Source: Scyliorhinus canicula | Lineage: Eukaryota | Reading direction: 5' to 3' | Length of the DNA: 64,000 nucleotides | NCBI RefSeq assembly: GCF_902713615.1 | Contig: NC_052151.1 | Location: forward strand, 75,984,375 to 76,048,374 | In this document: piece after piece, positions 13,131 to 26,379 of the stretch | Layout: each line of letters starts with the position of its first letter | Numbering within the stretch: the first letter of the stretch is position 1 | The notes under the pieces: generated by a model | What the model was told of the DNA's origin: nothing | Database searches by the model: none | The model's input: only the letters and a program-made list of their open reading frames with translations | Program-made: the position numbers and the translations under genes

Positions 13131-15872
13131 CCGTGGCCTATTGAGGGCCGCAAGGTGCCGGCTCTTCATATAGAGTATGGCTGTCATGGCACCCACAGCA
13201 ATGTGGCTGCCCCATTCACACGGATTGAACAGGGACCAATATGTGCAACCAAACAGAGTAGTCAGAGCACCAAGGGCAAACTTTAGCACACAACACATTG
13301 CAAAGCATGGCTGAACAAATTGCTACCACACCCTGGGAACGTGAGAAGTCAATTCCAACCCCAGTTGACCCCGAGTCCCAATACAATTGAAATTAGCAAA
13401 TAATTCTTAGAAAATACCCAAAGTCTTTGGTCCTCAGCCACCCAATAACTACAGTCACCAGGTTTGTAAATTTAAACACAATTATTTTTTATTAAATACA
13501 ATAAATATAATTAGATATTCAGCAATACAACTGGTTAACTATTATCTAATTCCTCACTCCCCCTTTTAAACTCGCCCCCGTCCCCACACATGCAACACAG
13601 ACAAACACAGAGGGAAAAGAAGAGTGTAAAATAAGGATGAAAGTAAAAGGATAAGAGTCTTTGTTTCAGATGGACATCTTCCAGTACACCTGGCCTCAAT
13701 CTAGGCCTTCAGTGCAGGTTTTTGTTTTAAATCTGTACTGTTTTCACTGTAGATTAATCCCAATCTCAAGACGTCTATGCAGGTTCAGAAAAACAGCAAC
13801 GAGGCAGTAGTTCTGGACAGACAGAGAGAGAAAGAGAGGCAGGCACTCACATATGCTCTTCTCAGGATCCAGGATCCAATGATGGTCACTTCCTGCGTCC
13901 TCTAAAAACCATACCACTTGGGTAAGACCTAATCACTGCCTGTCACCAGGCAGGCTACTGCCTTTTCCCAATTCATAAGCTACCAGCCAGCTAATTGAAC
14001 CAAATCCCTCTGATCTCTTGGATGCCAAACAGTCTGAGTTCCACCTGCCTCTCTTCCTGACTCATCATCCTGTGAACACTGTCCCCATCCCAGGTCGCTG
14101 GCATCTGTGGCCATTTTAAAGGTCTGGATAAACCCCATCCACCAACAAGGCCCTCAATCCTCGAAACTCTACTTGATGTTCTGCGGACCACACCATTTCC
14201 ACTTGTTTCGCAACATATTCACATGCACTGGATTTCAGACTCTAACTGAGCGAGTCTCCGTGGGTTTATTGAGATGGATGTTGCACTATTGGTTTAGAGT
14301 TTCCTATGTCTAAATCATGATTAGTTATTGAAGTGCACCCTGGTGCATCATTACAAAACTGCCTATATTTTCCGAGTATCTTTATGCGATCTTTTCTCTT
14401 TTCTTCTTCTACATGGACAAACTTGGCTTCTCGGGCTACCTGACAAGGTCCTGTGAGTCATTCCAGACATGTGGACATGTAATCCAGCATTGAGGACTTA
14501 TCCTGTTGTTTTAGAAACTTCTCTTTCATCAATGTTAATGGACCCCATATTTCTTGGCCATAAACTGATTCAAATACATGTGCTAAATCCACTAAATTCA
14601 TTCGGAGAATCTCTGGTGGCAAATAATAAAAAATCCAATCCCTGTGCCAATCGCTTGGACGTTCATGGCACAAGGCCTTAATCATAGTTTTTGAGCCTGA
14701 TGATATCTCTCCAAAGCTGTCTCTCCCTGATTTTGTGGATAAGAAGCGATTGATTTTAATAGTTTGTTTCCTAAACTATAAATCATATGCTGGAAAATTT
14801 TAAAACCCTGGTCAGATTGTACTTCTAAGGGTAGGCCATAGCATGTAAAAAAATACATCAACGTTTCCACTACTACTTTAGTTGTAATTGTTCTCACAAG
14901 TATAGCTTCTGGAAATTGGGTAGTCATATCCATGATTGTAGGAATGTTCTGATGCCTCGCCTTTGTTTTTGTAAACAGTCCTGCGCAATCTACTAATACC
15001 CAACTAAATGGTTCTTCAAACACTGGTATGGGTATTAAAGGTGAAGGTTTAATCATATGTTGTGGTTTACCTATTACCTGACATGTATGACAGGTTCTAC
15101 AGAGTCACCCTACATCTTGATGCAGTCCTGGCCAGGAGAAATGCTTGTTGACTTATGCCTGCGTTTTCTGAATTCACACATGTCCTGCCACTGGTATCTC
15201 ATGTACTTTCCGCAGTACTTCCCTACAAGATTTGGGTGGTGCCACTATCTGATGAACAACTGTTCATTCCTCGCCCGGAGATCTATGAGGATGTCTACAC
15301 TTGCTCATCAAAATTCCGTTCCTAATGTCATAGCACTCTGGAAGTCTTGAATCGCCTCAGTTGCAATGCTTGTGAGAGCTGACTGTACTAATCTATGCAT
15401 CTCTGGGCCTCAATTAATGAAGTCTTACCAAACACCTCCTCAGAAATATCCTCATTCTCAAGGATAGTTTTGGCTACTCTACCATGTCATTGTGGTGTGA
15501 CTTTAATCTTTGGTGGCGAACTTTGATTAGCCATTGCCCTGGTCACAGCACATGATGGAACAGTGTCTGGAAATTGTTGCTGTAACTGCTCTGTCTCCTT
15601 ATCTTTCCTCAGATTACCTCTGTAATCACGGGTGAATCTCCAAGCTTCACCCATCAAATCATTCTCCAAAAGCAGGTCTACTCCGTCCACTTGTAACTTC
15701 TTAACCACTCCGACAACTACTGGACCTGACAATAAATCATACTCCAATTGTATTTCATACAATTGAACTGAGATATAATCTCCACTTATCCCATTCATTA
15801 ATACCTTAGCTTTCATTGAACTCTCTGGAGGGAAGACCAAATCCCTCTCCAGTGAGAGAGTTTGCGTAGATT

Positions 15873-16155
15873 TCATAGAATCCCTACAGTGCAGAAGGGT
15901 GCCATTTTCCACATTGATTCTGCATCGATTCTCCAAAAGAGCACCCCACCTAAGCCCATAGCCCTGCCCTATTGCCGTAACCCCACCTAACATTTGGACA
16001 CCTAACCTACGCATCTTTGGACTGTGAGAGGAAACCAGAGCACCCAGAGGAAACACATGCAGACATGGGGAGAATGTACAAACTCCACATGGTCACCCAA
16101 CGGCAGAATGGAACCCAGGTCCCTGGAGCTGTGCTGCCATGCCACTCTGTGCCCC
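15873..16155 (-). mobile_element. V-SINE (HE1-like) with CR1 tail, inserted in the Gmr1-like element
   Basis: V-domain tctttggactgtgagaggaaaccagagcacccagaggaaac; tail catagaatccctacagtgcagaagg. Confidence 0.8.
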
Positions 16156-17007
16156 TTAAAATAGTTACGGGTTTGGCTACATCAGTTGATGAAAATGGGG
16201 TGACTATTTCCTTTTACAAAAACGCTGCATATCTCTGACCTACCTCATTCATCACACCTGCTCAACATTTACCTCAGGTTTCTTAAGTCCAGTTAGAACT
16301 ACAGTCTTCCCTTTACGTTTGTTCCCTTTTCAGAATCGTCCTTATGAACTCCAGTGTGGCCCATGGGCTTTCCCCACAATTTCCAACATAAATAACAAAT
16401 GTGTCCCAGTTTATTGAAATGGTAACACCTTGGCCTTCACCCTCAGTACTTTCCTTTGCGGTCTGAGGAGGGGATTCCGGAGCATTCCCAGCTATCCATT
16501 CCTCACCTTGGTTACCTGCCCTCCTTTCACTCTCCCACTTCCTATCCTTTTCAACATTATGAGGGCGATAAAACAAAGTTTTACATTTATGGATCAGCTC
16601 ATAATCGTCAGCCCTTATTGCTGCTTGTCCAGCGGTCATCAACCTTTGGTGTTCAAAATGGGTTGTATCACAGGGGGTAGGGAACTCTTAAATTCTTCTC
16701 AGAGAATGTCATAGCTCAGAGCCTCATAGGTAGTTTCAACTCCCAATGCTCATACCCAACTATTAAAATTGTGCTTCTTATCCCCTTCATATTCAGCATA
16801 AGTCAGTCTGGAACTAATTTGTGTGCACTGAATATCATTTTTTACCTCGTCATATCACTTAGATACCTCCACTTTTCTTTCGGTCACTCAGTTTGAGTTG
16901 CTATTTTCACAAATGCCCTAAAAAATGTTTCTACTTCCTTTTCTTCAAATTTTGTGAGGGCCTATATAAACTTAAACATATCACCTCTGGGTTCCATTCT
17001 AGGGTTA

Positions 17008-17347
17008 AACATAGAAACATAGAAAATAGGAGCAGGAGGAGGACATTTGTCCCTTTGAGCCTCCTCCGCCATTCATTATGATCATGGTTGATCATCCAAC
17101 TCAATTGCCTAATCCCATTTTTGCCCATATCCTTTGATCCCCTTCACCCTAAGTGCTATATGTAACTGTTTTTTGAAAACAAAATGGTTTGGCCTCAACT
17201 GCTTCCTGTGGCAATGAATTCCACAGGCTGACCACCCTCCAGGTGAAGACATTTCTCCTCATCCCTGCCCTGAATTGGTCTACCCCGTATCCTCAGACTG
17301 TGACCCTGGTTCTGGACAAACCCACCACCGGGAACATCCTTCCTGCA
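17008..17347 (-). mobile_element. CR1 3' fragment
   Basis: (catagaaa)2 tail followed by sequence collinear with 57252-57600. Confidence 0.8.
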
Positions 17348-18531
17348 GCTCCCCTCTGTCTTCTGCAGATCTCTTTTAATTTCCAGTGCCTTAAGCTGGA
17401 ACTCTCTCTCTGACTCCAACTTCCTCATTTCAATTTCATTTGAAAATCTTTATCTCTTTCTTTATGCTGCATTTCCATTCCTTTTCCCATTTAAAAAAAC
17501 TCCCTCTCATGCTCAAACTCAACCAAATTCTCTCTGGCTCAAATTCCCTACCAGAAAATGACTTTGATTATACACCACTCTTGGGCTCTCCTGCTCAAGC
17601 ATTCAACCAACATATCATATACCTCTGCCCTCCTAGCTTTAGCTGGGACCTCTATTTTTAATTTACCTGCCAATTTGATTAGCTTGTTTTTTTGCAGCTC
17701 TTGTAAATAAACGAAAGGTAAGTTGTCTACCTGAAGACGAACCATAGCAGCCTCCAGAGCCACCCTATTATTCTACTGCAAACCTGGTGCCTTTTAAAAA
17801 TTTACACTGTCAGCCAAACATCGCTGTCTACCATTCCAAAGAACATGGAACCAAGCCCCCAAATTATGTTACAATACCCTGGCCTAGTGCACGGTCAATT
17901 CCAGCCCCACATGACCCAGAGTCACAAGACAATTGAAATTAATAACTAATTCTTAGAAAATAGCCAAAGTCTTTGGTCTATGGCTGCACAATAACTGTAG
18001 TCACCAAGTTAATAAATGTAAACACAATTAATTGTTATTAATAGCAATAACAATAATTGAATATGCAGCAGATTAACTATTATCTAATTCCTAACCCCCT
18101 CACTTTAACTCGCCCCGCTTTCTACACAAACATAAAAAAGACAAACACAGAGAGGAAAGAAGGGTGTAAAATAAAGATGAAAGTAAAGGGATAATAGTCT
18201 TTGTTTCAGATAGATATCTTCCATTGCCTTTTTTCAATCTAGACCTTCAGTTGGAGGTTTTTATTTCAGTCTGTAATGGTTTTCACTGTAGATGCATCTC
18301 AAAATGTTTCTGCAGGTTCAGAAAAACAGCAGATAGGCAGTATTTCTGGAGAGAGAGAGTGAGAGACAGACAACCATTCACAGCTGCTCCACGCAGCATC
18401 CAGGATCCTTTGACGGTCACTTCCTGCATTCTCTGAAAACCATCCCATTGGGTAGGATCCAATCACTGCTCGTTTATGGGCAGAATACAACCTTTGTCCA
18501 ATTCATTGGCCACCAGCCAGCTAATCGAACC

Positions 18532-18878
18532 AGAGAACAGCAAGTAACCCTGATTACTAACTTTATTTGTGAGTTGATTTTGAACTGTATTGGGTTACTC
18601 TGTTGAAATATATATAGTGGCAAGTGCAGATAGTGAGTTAAAATGTTTCCTTTTATTTAAGAATCGTTTACTGTAAAGCTATTTCTTTGATGTTAATGTG
18701 ATTAATTCTGTGTTTAAATTAAAGTTTGTTTTAACTTAACTTAAAAGATATGTATTGGTCAGAGTCATCACTCCTGGGTGAAGTATCCTTTCCTCACACT
18801 TTTATCAATTGCAAATTGTTTGGGCTTTATCTCGGGGTTTCCTAACAAATAATTGGGGTCTGATCCGGTATACTAACA
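18532..18878 (+). mobile_element. 3' half of an LTR (opposite orientation)
   Basis: AT-rich U5-like sequence with ATTAAA, ending ggggtctgatccggtatactaACA. Confidence 0.45.
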
Positions 18879-20011
18879 ATAGATTAAAAAGTTGTGCCGC
18901 ACACTCTCTTTGTGTTGTTGGAAATTATAAATCACAATTCAAAAAAGTGGAGACAGTGTGGTGGTAGAGTGTACTTTCCTGCTGTGATAATGCAGATGGA
19001 GGAGGAGGCGATAGAGAGGGCATGCTGGCTGTGGAGCCCAGAGAGAGTAAGAGATGCAATGATAGTAGACACAAATCCTTTTCCTTTGTCATTTTGGTGC
19101 TGCCTCTGTGATCAGTGATGATCATTTGAAGCTCTTGTCACATACACCCAGGAAAAAAGGCTGCATTGGGCTGTTGTAAATTGCTTTCGCTTCAGGCAAA
19201 AGCGGCGTACAATGTTTGAGGAAGGGGAGGATCAGAATTTAGATGACAAAGCAAAATAGAGGGAAAGAATCAAAGTATTTGGGCAAATTAGTACTGAAGC
19301 ACAAGTTAACCTAAAGGAGGCACAGGTTGGGAGATATCGCCATACATGGAACCATCACACGCCATTCCAGAAAACATGCACAACACCCAGGAAGGAGTTA
19401 CAAGAGAGGAAATATATGTTTTGAGAGCCTGAGCTAATTTTAAAATATAGCAAGAGATAAGAATACATTGAGGGAAGCCACAGGCGTGGCTTTAACTACT
19501 TAATCTATATTGCACGGCCGCATGATGACATTGTTTTATTGTATCATAGCATTCAACAGGCTTGAGCACAGTTGGTAAAATAAAAATCACTCAATAGTAG
19601 ATATGTTGACCTTGTCCATCTGCTACCAAGCACTTCTCTCTGTGCAGATCAGGAATGCAACCAGTCTGAGTCCTCTGGAGGAAAAAGCAAAAGACTAGAC
19701 ATTAAAAATTCTGGATCAAAAAGTACAAATGAAAAATGCTGGAGAAACTCTATAGGTTAGAAAATTGAGAATGATTAGCAGGTGTGAAGGTGGGATCAGG
19801 AAATGAAAAGGACCAGTGATAAGTATAAGTGGTAAAATAAGACATGCTAAGATGAATTAAAAATCAAAGGCATAAATCTGAAACTGAAGACAGATTTTTA
19901 AGCCTCCTGGGTTGGAAGGTGGGCAGAGCGAATAAAACTGAGTATACTGTCATGGGTGGCATTCCTGCCCACACCCACGATTGACAGAATTTTGTGTTGG
20001 CTGGGGAGATA

Positions 20012-20178
20012 TGAAATGAAATGAAATGAAAATCGCTTATTGTCACAAGTAGGCTTCAATGAAGTTACTGTGAAAAGCCCCTAGTCGCCACATTCCGGCG
20101 CCTGTTCGGGGAGGCTGGTACAGGAATTGAACCGTGCTGCAGGCCTGCTTTGTCTGCTTTAAAAGCCAGCGATTTATC
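20012..20178 (-). mobile_element. tRNA-derived SINE with Rex1-like tail
   Basis: (TGAAA)4 tail; core gaagttactgtgaaaagcccctagtcgccacattccggcg shared with 62365, 23043 and 63432; B-box GGTTCAATTCC on the minus strand. Confidence 0.75.
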
Positions 20179-20289
20179 TGACAGCCTGCTCACCCATGAC
20201 CCACCAAAGTCCAAAAGTGACCAATTAATGGCCACCTTGACACCCCTTTGTGCTACCGAAGTGCGGGATAATAACTATCTCCAACAAGA

Positions 20290-20362
20290 GATAATCTAAC
20301 CACCCCTTGACAATTAATGGCATAATCATTGCTGAGTCCCTCACTATCAAAATCCTGTATGT

Positions 20363-20399
<37 letters not shown>

Positions 20400-21284
20400 C
20401 CATTAACCAGAAACTGAATTGCACTGGCCATTTAAATATTATAGGTACACCAGCAGGCCAGAGCCTGGGAATCCTAAGGTGAGTAACTTGCCTCCTGGCT
20501 CATATGACCATACAAATTTGGCACAGGAGTACTCCATTCTGCATGTTGAGTCTGCTTCGGCACTCAATAAGATCATGACTGATCTGATTGTGGCCTTAAC
20601 TTCACTTTCCTTCTTAAACCTTTGACTCCCTTGTCAATCAAGAATCCATCTAATTCAGCTTTAAAAATATTCAGTGCATCCACTGTTCTCTGGGGAAGAG
20701 AATTCCACAGATTTATGATGCTCTGAAAGAATTTCTCCTCCTCTCTGTCTTAAAATGGGAGGCCTCTTATTTTTTAAACTGTGTCTGCAGGTTCTAGTTT
20801 TTCCCACAAGGGAAAAACATCCTTTTTGCTTCCACCCTTTCAAAGTCCCCTTATGAGCTTATAGGTTTCAATAAGATCACCATTCTTCCAAACTCCAATG
20901 GGTACAGATCCAAGCTTTACTCATAGGATAGCCCCTCATCTGAGGAATCAGAAGTTATTTTTATTATTCCGATGGGTATTGATGTCGTTGGCTAGGCCAG
21001 CATTTTTATTGCCTATCCCGAGTTACTCTGCAGAAGCTGGTGAGTTGGTGAGCTGGTGGTGGCGGTACATTCACAGTGCTGATCGGGAGGGAGTTCCAGG
21101 ATTTTTACCTGACAACAGTGAAGGAACGGTGATATATTTCCAAGTCAAGATGGTGAGTGCCTGGGAATGGAACTTACAGGCGATGGTGTTCCCATGCATC
21201 TGCTGTCCGAGGTAGTAGAGGTCGGAGGTTTGGAAAATGCTGATGAAGGAGCATTGCTTCAGTGCTCTTGAAGATGGTGTACAC
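20290..21284. mobile_element. Adjacent LINE fragments: L2 (+, 20290-20500), CR1 3' end (-, 20501-20950), L2 3' end (-, 20958-21284)
   Basis: Similarity to the L2 at 45684-46908 and the CR1 at 57252-57700 within this window. Confidence 0.65.
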
Positions 21285-21946
<662 letters not shown>

Positions 21947-22150
21947 GGGCGAAATTCTCTCCTACCCGGCGGGGTTGGGGGTCCCGGCGTAGCGGAGTGG
22001 CACCAACCACTCCGACGTCGGGCTTCCCCAAAGGTGTGGAATTCTCCGCACCTTTAGGGGCTAGGCCCGCGCCGGAGTGGCTCCCGCTCCGCCAACTGGC
22101 GGCAACGGCCTTTGGCGCTACGCTGATCGGGGCAGAAATGTTGCCGAGTC
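21947..22150 (+). mobile_element. Truncated Harbinger MITE (left end)
   Basis: TIR GGGCGAAATTCTC, GC-rich interior. Confidence 0.6.
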
Positions 22151-22556
22151 ACTTAATGGCCCGCGAGAACATGCGCCGACTTGTCCGTGAAATGTATGGT
22201 GGGTGGTGGGGACCCTGGTACAATGTGGTACTACCCTGAGAGTGTGCCACTAGCAAAAAGGAGATAGGCAAGTAGAATGGCAAGAATGAAATACTGAAAG
22301 ATTGGGTCAGGCTCCAGGGGTCTAGGAGACTGGTGGAGGAAAGAAAATAGATGGAGGTCACCTTTCCAGTCCAATGTTCTGGCAACCCTTAAATTCACCT
22401 CACTTACCAGCTTATTCCCTGAAGTCCTCTTTTGAGTTGGTTTAGTCAATTTGGCAGTATTAAAGGTACTTTTTTGAAGAACCACTTGACCGTGGAACTG
22501 AGTCTGTGAAAATGTCTTCAAATTCCATTTTACTGAAATACTGCTTATACTGTTAC

Positions 22557-23044
22557 TGTGGATTTGGTTTTATTGTCACGTGTACCAAGGTACAGTGAAA
22601 AGTTCTGTTCAGCGTACAATGCAGACACATCGTTCCATGCATAAGAATTATTAGGACATACGATAGATACACAACGTTATACTGTCAATACACAGACACA
22701 GTCATCAGGTGAAGCATACAGGAATGCAGTACTATTCAGTCGTGATGTGTGGAGAGATAGGTTCAGTCCAGTGGGGAAAAAGCTGTTTTTCAATCTGTTA
22801 GTGCGTGTTCTCAGGATTTTATATCTCCTTCCAATCTAAATAGATTGGAAGAGAGAATAATCGTGTGGGAGGGGTCTTTGATTATGCTGTCCAATTTCCC
22901 AAGGCAGCGGGAAGTGTAGACAGAGTCAATGGGTGGGAGGAGAGTTTGCTTGATGGACTGGGCTGTGTTCATGATTCTCTGTAGTTTCTTATGGTCTTGG
23001 GTCGAGCAGTTGCCATACTAAGCTGTGATGAAGCCAGCTAGGAT
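22557..23044 (-). mobile_element. Rex1/Babar LINE 3' fragment
   Basis: Minus strand encodes ILAGFITA*YGNCSTQDHKKLQRIMNTAQSI...YTSRC...IIKDPSH...RLKNSFFP; 3' end gtacacgtgacaataaa. Confidence 0.8.
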
Positions 23045-23356
23045 AATAATAGTAATCTTTGTTATCATCACAAGTAGGCTTACAGTAACAGTGCAATGAA
23101 GTTGCTGTGAAAATTCCCTTGTCGCCACATTCTGGCACCTGTTCGGGCACACTGAGGGAGAATTCAGAATGTCCAAATGACCTAACAGCACGTCTTTCAG
23201 GACTTGTGGGAGGAAACTGGAGCACCTGGAGGAAATCCACGCAGACACAGGGAGAACATAGAGACTCCATACAGACAGTGACCCAAGCCGGCAACCGAAC
23301 CTTGGAGCTTGGAGCTGTGAAGCAACAGTGCTATCCACTGTGCTACCGTGCCGCCC
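23043..23356 (-). mobile_element. V-SINE with Rex1-like tail
   Basis: tRNA-like head gggcggcacggtagcacagtgg, V-domain, then tail cagaatgtggcgac...tacttgtgatgataac. Confidence 0.8.
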
Positions 23357-23359
23357 ACA

Positions 23360-23960
23360 GCCACATGGATTATGAACGGGCGGACAGGCAGGAACTAGGT
23401 TTGTCCCTTGGAATGGGTTCACAAGATCCAGGGTCGACCTGTGCGCGTTTGCCCCCCCCCCCCCCCCCCCACCCCACCCAGCCCAGCAGAGACCCCCTGG
23501 ATACTCCCACCCCCAATGGCAGCCAACCCCAACTGAGGCTGGACCTCCCCCCCCCCCCCCCCCCCCCCCCGCCCCTGCACCTAGCCCCTCCCACCCCCAC
23601 CCTCCCACAGGCACAGCAAGCCCAGTGTCTCTGGGCACTTTGCCTGTGAGCAAAGATGGCAGCAGCTCTTCAAACATGTTCACGTTTTTAAAAAGGAGTG
23701 CTAATCGGCATCAGCTTGACCACTTGCTGGGGAGGTTGTTGGATCACGGGAGGCTGTTGGATATGGGTGGCTTCCATTAAATGTATGGAATTAGGGCTAA
23801 ATTGGTAATTATTGATTTCTCACCACGTTACGATGGTATCCCAATATCATCTACGGGAGCGGGCCGGTTATGTCTCGAACGGTTTGGCGCATGGCGCGGT
23901 CCTTTTTTTAGGTCTCATCGCCCTCTCGCTCGAGCATAACGAGGCCACTGAATCGTGCCC
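23360..23960. mobile_element. Harbinger-type non-autonomous element, right part
   Basis: Ends tgaatcgtgccc|tta (TIR GGGCACGATTCA, TTA target-like). Confidence 0.5.
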
Positions 23961-24246
23961 TTAGATTGATGAATTTCTGGACTCTCGGGGAATCAAGAGA
24001 CATGGGGTTTGATAGGAAAATGGAACTGAGGTTGGCATTAATCTTATTGACTGGCAGAGCCAGGGTGAGGGGTCATCAGTCGTTTCTTCCTCCTATTTCT
24101 TATGCTCTTATATTCCTTTGCCAAGAAGGGAGGTCCCACGACATCATGGTGGCAGGGCGCACTCTAAATGAGCTAGCCCCACTAGCAACCTCAGCTCTTG
24201 ACAGATGGGGGCCCCATTTTTAAAGTCCACTTGGGGCAGAATATAT

Positions 24247-24854
24247 GGGAGGGGATTCTCCATTGCCCGACACCAATATCATAATCAGCAATCGGGCGGA
24301 GAGTCCCTTTTTACAACACAATCGGGGGCGGCGCTTTTTTGGATGCTCTGCCCCCTCCAAAATGGCATCATAGGGGAGTACGCCGCACGCCATTAGAACG
24401 GCCTCATGCCACCTGAAGGTCCTCCCCCGATGTTCCACTCTTGATGGGCTGAACCTCACGTGGTGGCTGCGAACTGTGTCCTGCGTCGCCATAGTCAGGG
24501 GGGAGCCATGCCACTGGCTGGGGGTGGCTTCAGCAAGGGCTTGGGGGACCGGTGGGGGGGTGGTCCAGGGGTGGCGAGGGGGGCTCCAGGAAGCACTATC
24601 TGGCAGGGCGGGTCTGCACACGGCTGCCGTAATGTTGTACGCCGCGTCCGCTGAGGTCATCTCCATGCGCATGCATGGCCACGGACCCGGCCACTCTCTG
24701 GCCAGTTTTGAGCCGGGAGTTTTACCCGGCGCCGCTGCTAGCCCCTGACCAGTCCCGGAATCGGTGAGGATTCGGCGTCGACTTAGGCATCGTAAAACGC
24801 CACAGTTCCTGTTCCGGCATCGGCACTTAGCCACAAAATCAGAGAATCCAGCTC
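24247..24854. mobile_element. Harbinger MITE
   Basis: Imperfect TIRs ggaggggattctc ... gagaatccagctc; GC-rich non-coding interior similar in organisation to 28175-28824. Confidence 0.7.
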
Positions 24855-25168
24855 ATCATATTAATTAATAATAATCTATGAAGAGCTCAATGTTCTGAAC
24901 TTTATTCTGCATTCGTTGACTTACTGCCAATTATTTATGTTGCTATTTCCTAATGAATATGTTTTATAATGATGAAATACTTTTTTGCTTGACATGGTCT
25001 TTGAAAGGATAAATCAGGGATTCATCAGGCATGTGTCACAGAGACCTCACACAGAAAAGTTAGAAATCCACTGCTCAAAAGTAGTGACGCCTGTGAGTTC
25101 AAATGTTGTCCATCAGAATGAAACCCCCATCCAGTTTTGTGGTCCACAGCTTTACCACTTCCTTCTCA

Positions 25169-25383
25169 TGATGTGGAGATGCCGGCGTTGGACTGGGGTG
25201 AGCACAGTAAGAAGTCTTACAACACCAGGTTAAAGTCCAACATGTTTGTTTCAAACACTAGCTTTAGGAGCACTGCTCCTTCCTCAGGTGAATGATTTAC
25301 CTGAGGAAGGAGCAGTGCTCTGAAAGCTAGTGTTTGAAACAAACATGTTGGACTTTAACCTGGTGTTGTAAGACTTCTTACTG
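25169..25383. mobile_element. Penelope-like pseudo-LTR inverted repeat with minimal hammerhead motif
   Basis: 89-bp arms (25205-25293, 25295-25383). 13-bp TSD CACTTCCTT(C/T)TCA at 25156-25168 and 25384-25396. CTGAGGA-stem-GAAA at 25301-25325. Confidence 0.75.
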
Positions 25384-26379
25384 CACTTCCTTTTCAGTAT
25401 GTGAAGAGACGCAAGTATTACACAATGAGAATAATTAATTCCTCACCAACCATTGTTTGGCTCCTCTTTGTAGCTAATATAAATAAGTTCCCAGTTATTT
25501 ATATTTTGAGCATTGCACTTTTCTTTCAAAGAGATACGAATCATGAAATATCTGTGGGGATTTTCCTGACATGTTGTAACTTCAACAGGAGATTACAGAG
25601 CCCCTTGGAAATAACGTGCATGGTTTAAAATTGCCACTTCTTCTGGGATATCTCTAATCCCTTGGTTGAAGTTATGACAGAAGATCAGGAGGATGTCAGG
25701 GACAGAGTGATTTTATAAGTAATTCTAAAGGATACAAGTTATAGACAAAGCTGTTAATATGAAAAGTACACTTTTAAGGCCAATCAAATCCATGAATATG
25801 TTATGACTTTCCATCTATATTGGTTGATATCCCATGGCATTGCACAGGGAGTCAAGATCAAGCATACTCTTCAGGTGAAGTGGGGTTAGGCAGCAATGGA
25901 TAATTGGATCAAGGTATGAATAATTCAGTACCCATTTTAAAGTTGTACATTCTGTCCTTATTTTCATATTTCTCCCCTGTGAATTCCTCGGTCCACACTG
26001 CCTCTATGAATTTGTCATTACACTCTCCTGCCAGTGCTAACTTCTGCACTTGGAGGAGGGTGTAAGAATGCATTTTATACTGACAGTTAGCATTAATAAG
26101 TGTGGACATATGAATTTATAATGTAAAAAGTGATATGAGCTTTTCTATATATTCTATATGTTTGTGACACTGCAGTTCCTGTTTTGAACCTCAGTCATCA
26201 TCCAGTTCAATGTGGCAGCACAGTGGTCTGCAGTCAGGAGGGAGTTGCCCAGGGAGTCCTGAACATGCACTCCAAACCCCATGAAGTCTCACAGAATCAG
26301 GTCAACCATGAGTAAGAGAACTGCCTTGTGATAACCACCTACCACTTCCCACTCCATGCTCCCATTCCCCTGCCCCACT

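Larger units (their letters stand above)
13321..18531 (-). mobile_element. Decayed Gmr1-like Gypsy LTR retrotransposon
   Basis: Diverged direct repeats at 13321-~14040 and 17867-18531. tRNA-Pro-like PBS (minus strand TGGGGGCTTGG) next to 17867. Minus-strand remnants in order: gag (ADDYELIH), protease (VDLLLENDL), integrase (PFSWVLVDCAG...SDQG, 14682-15056), RNase H (FKMATDASDLG, ~14090). Confidence 0.8.

Noticed and set aside
23018-23683. 221-aa and 180-aa ORFs
   Set aside because: Chance read-through across SINE and poly-C sequence.
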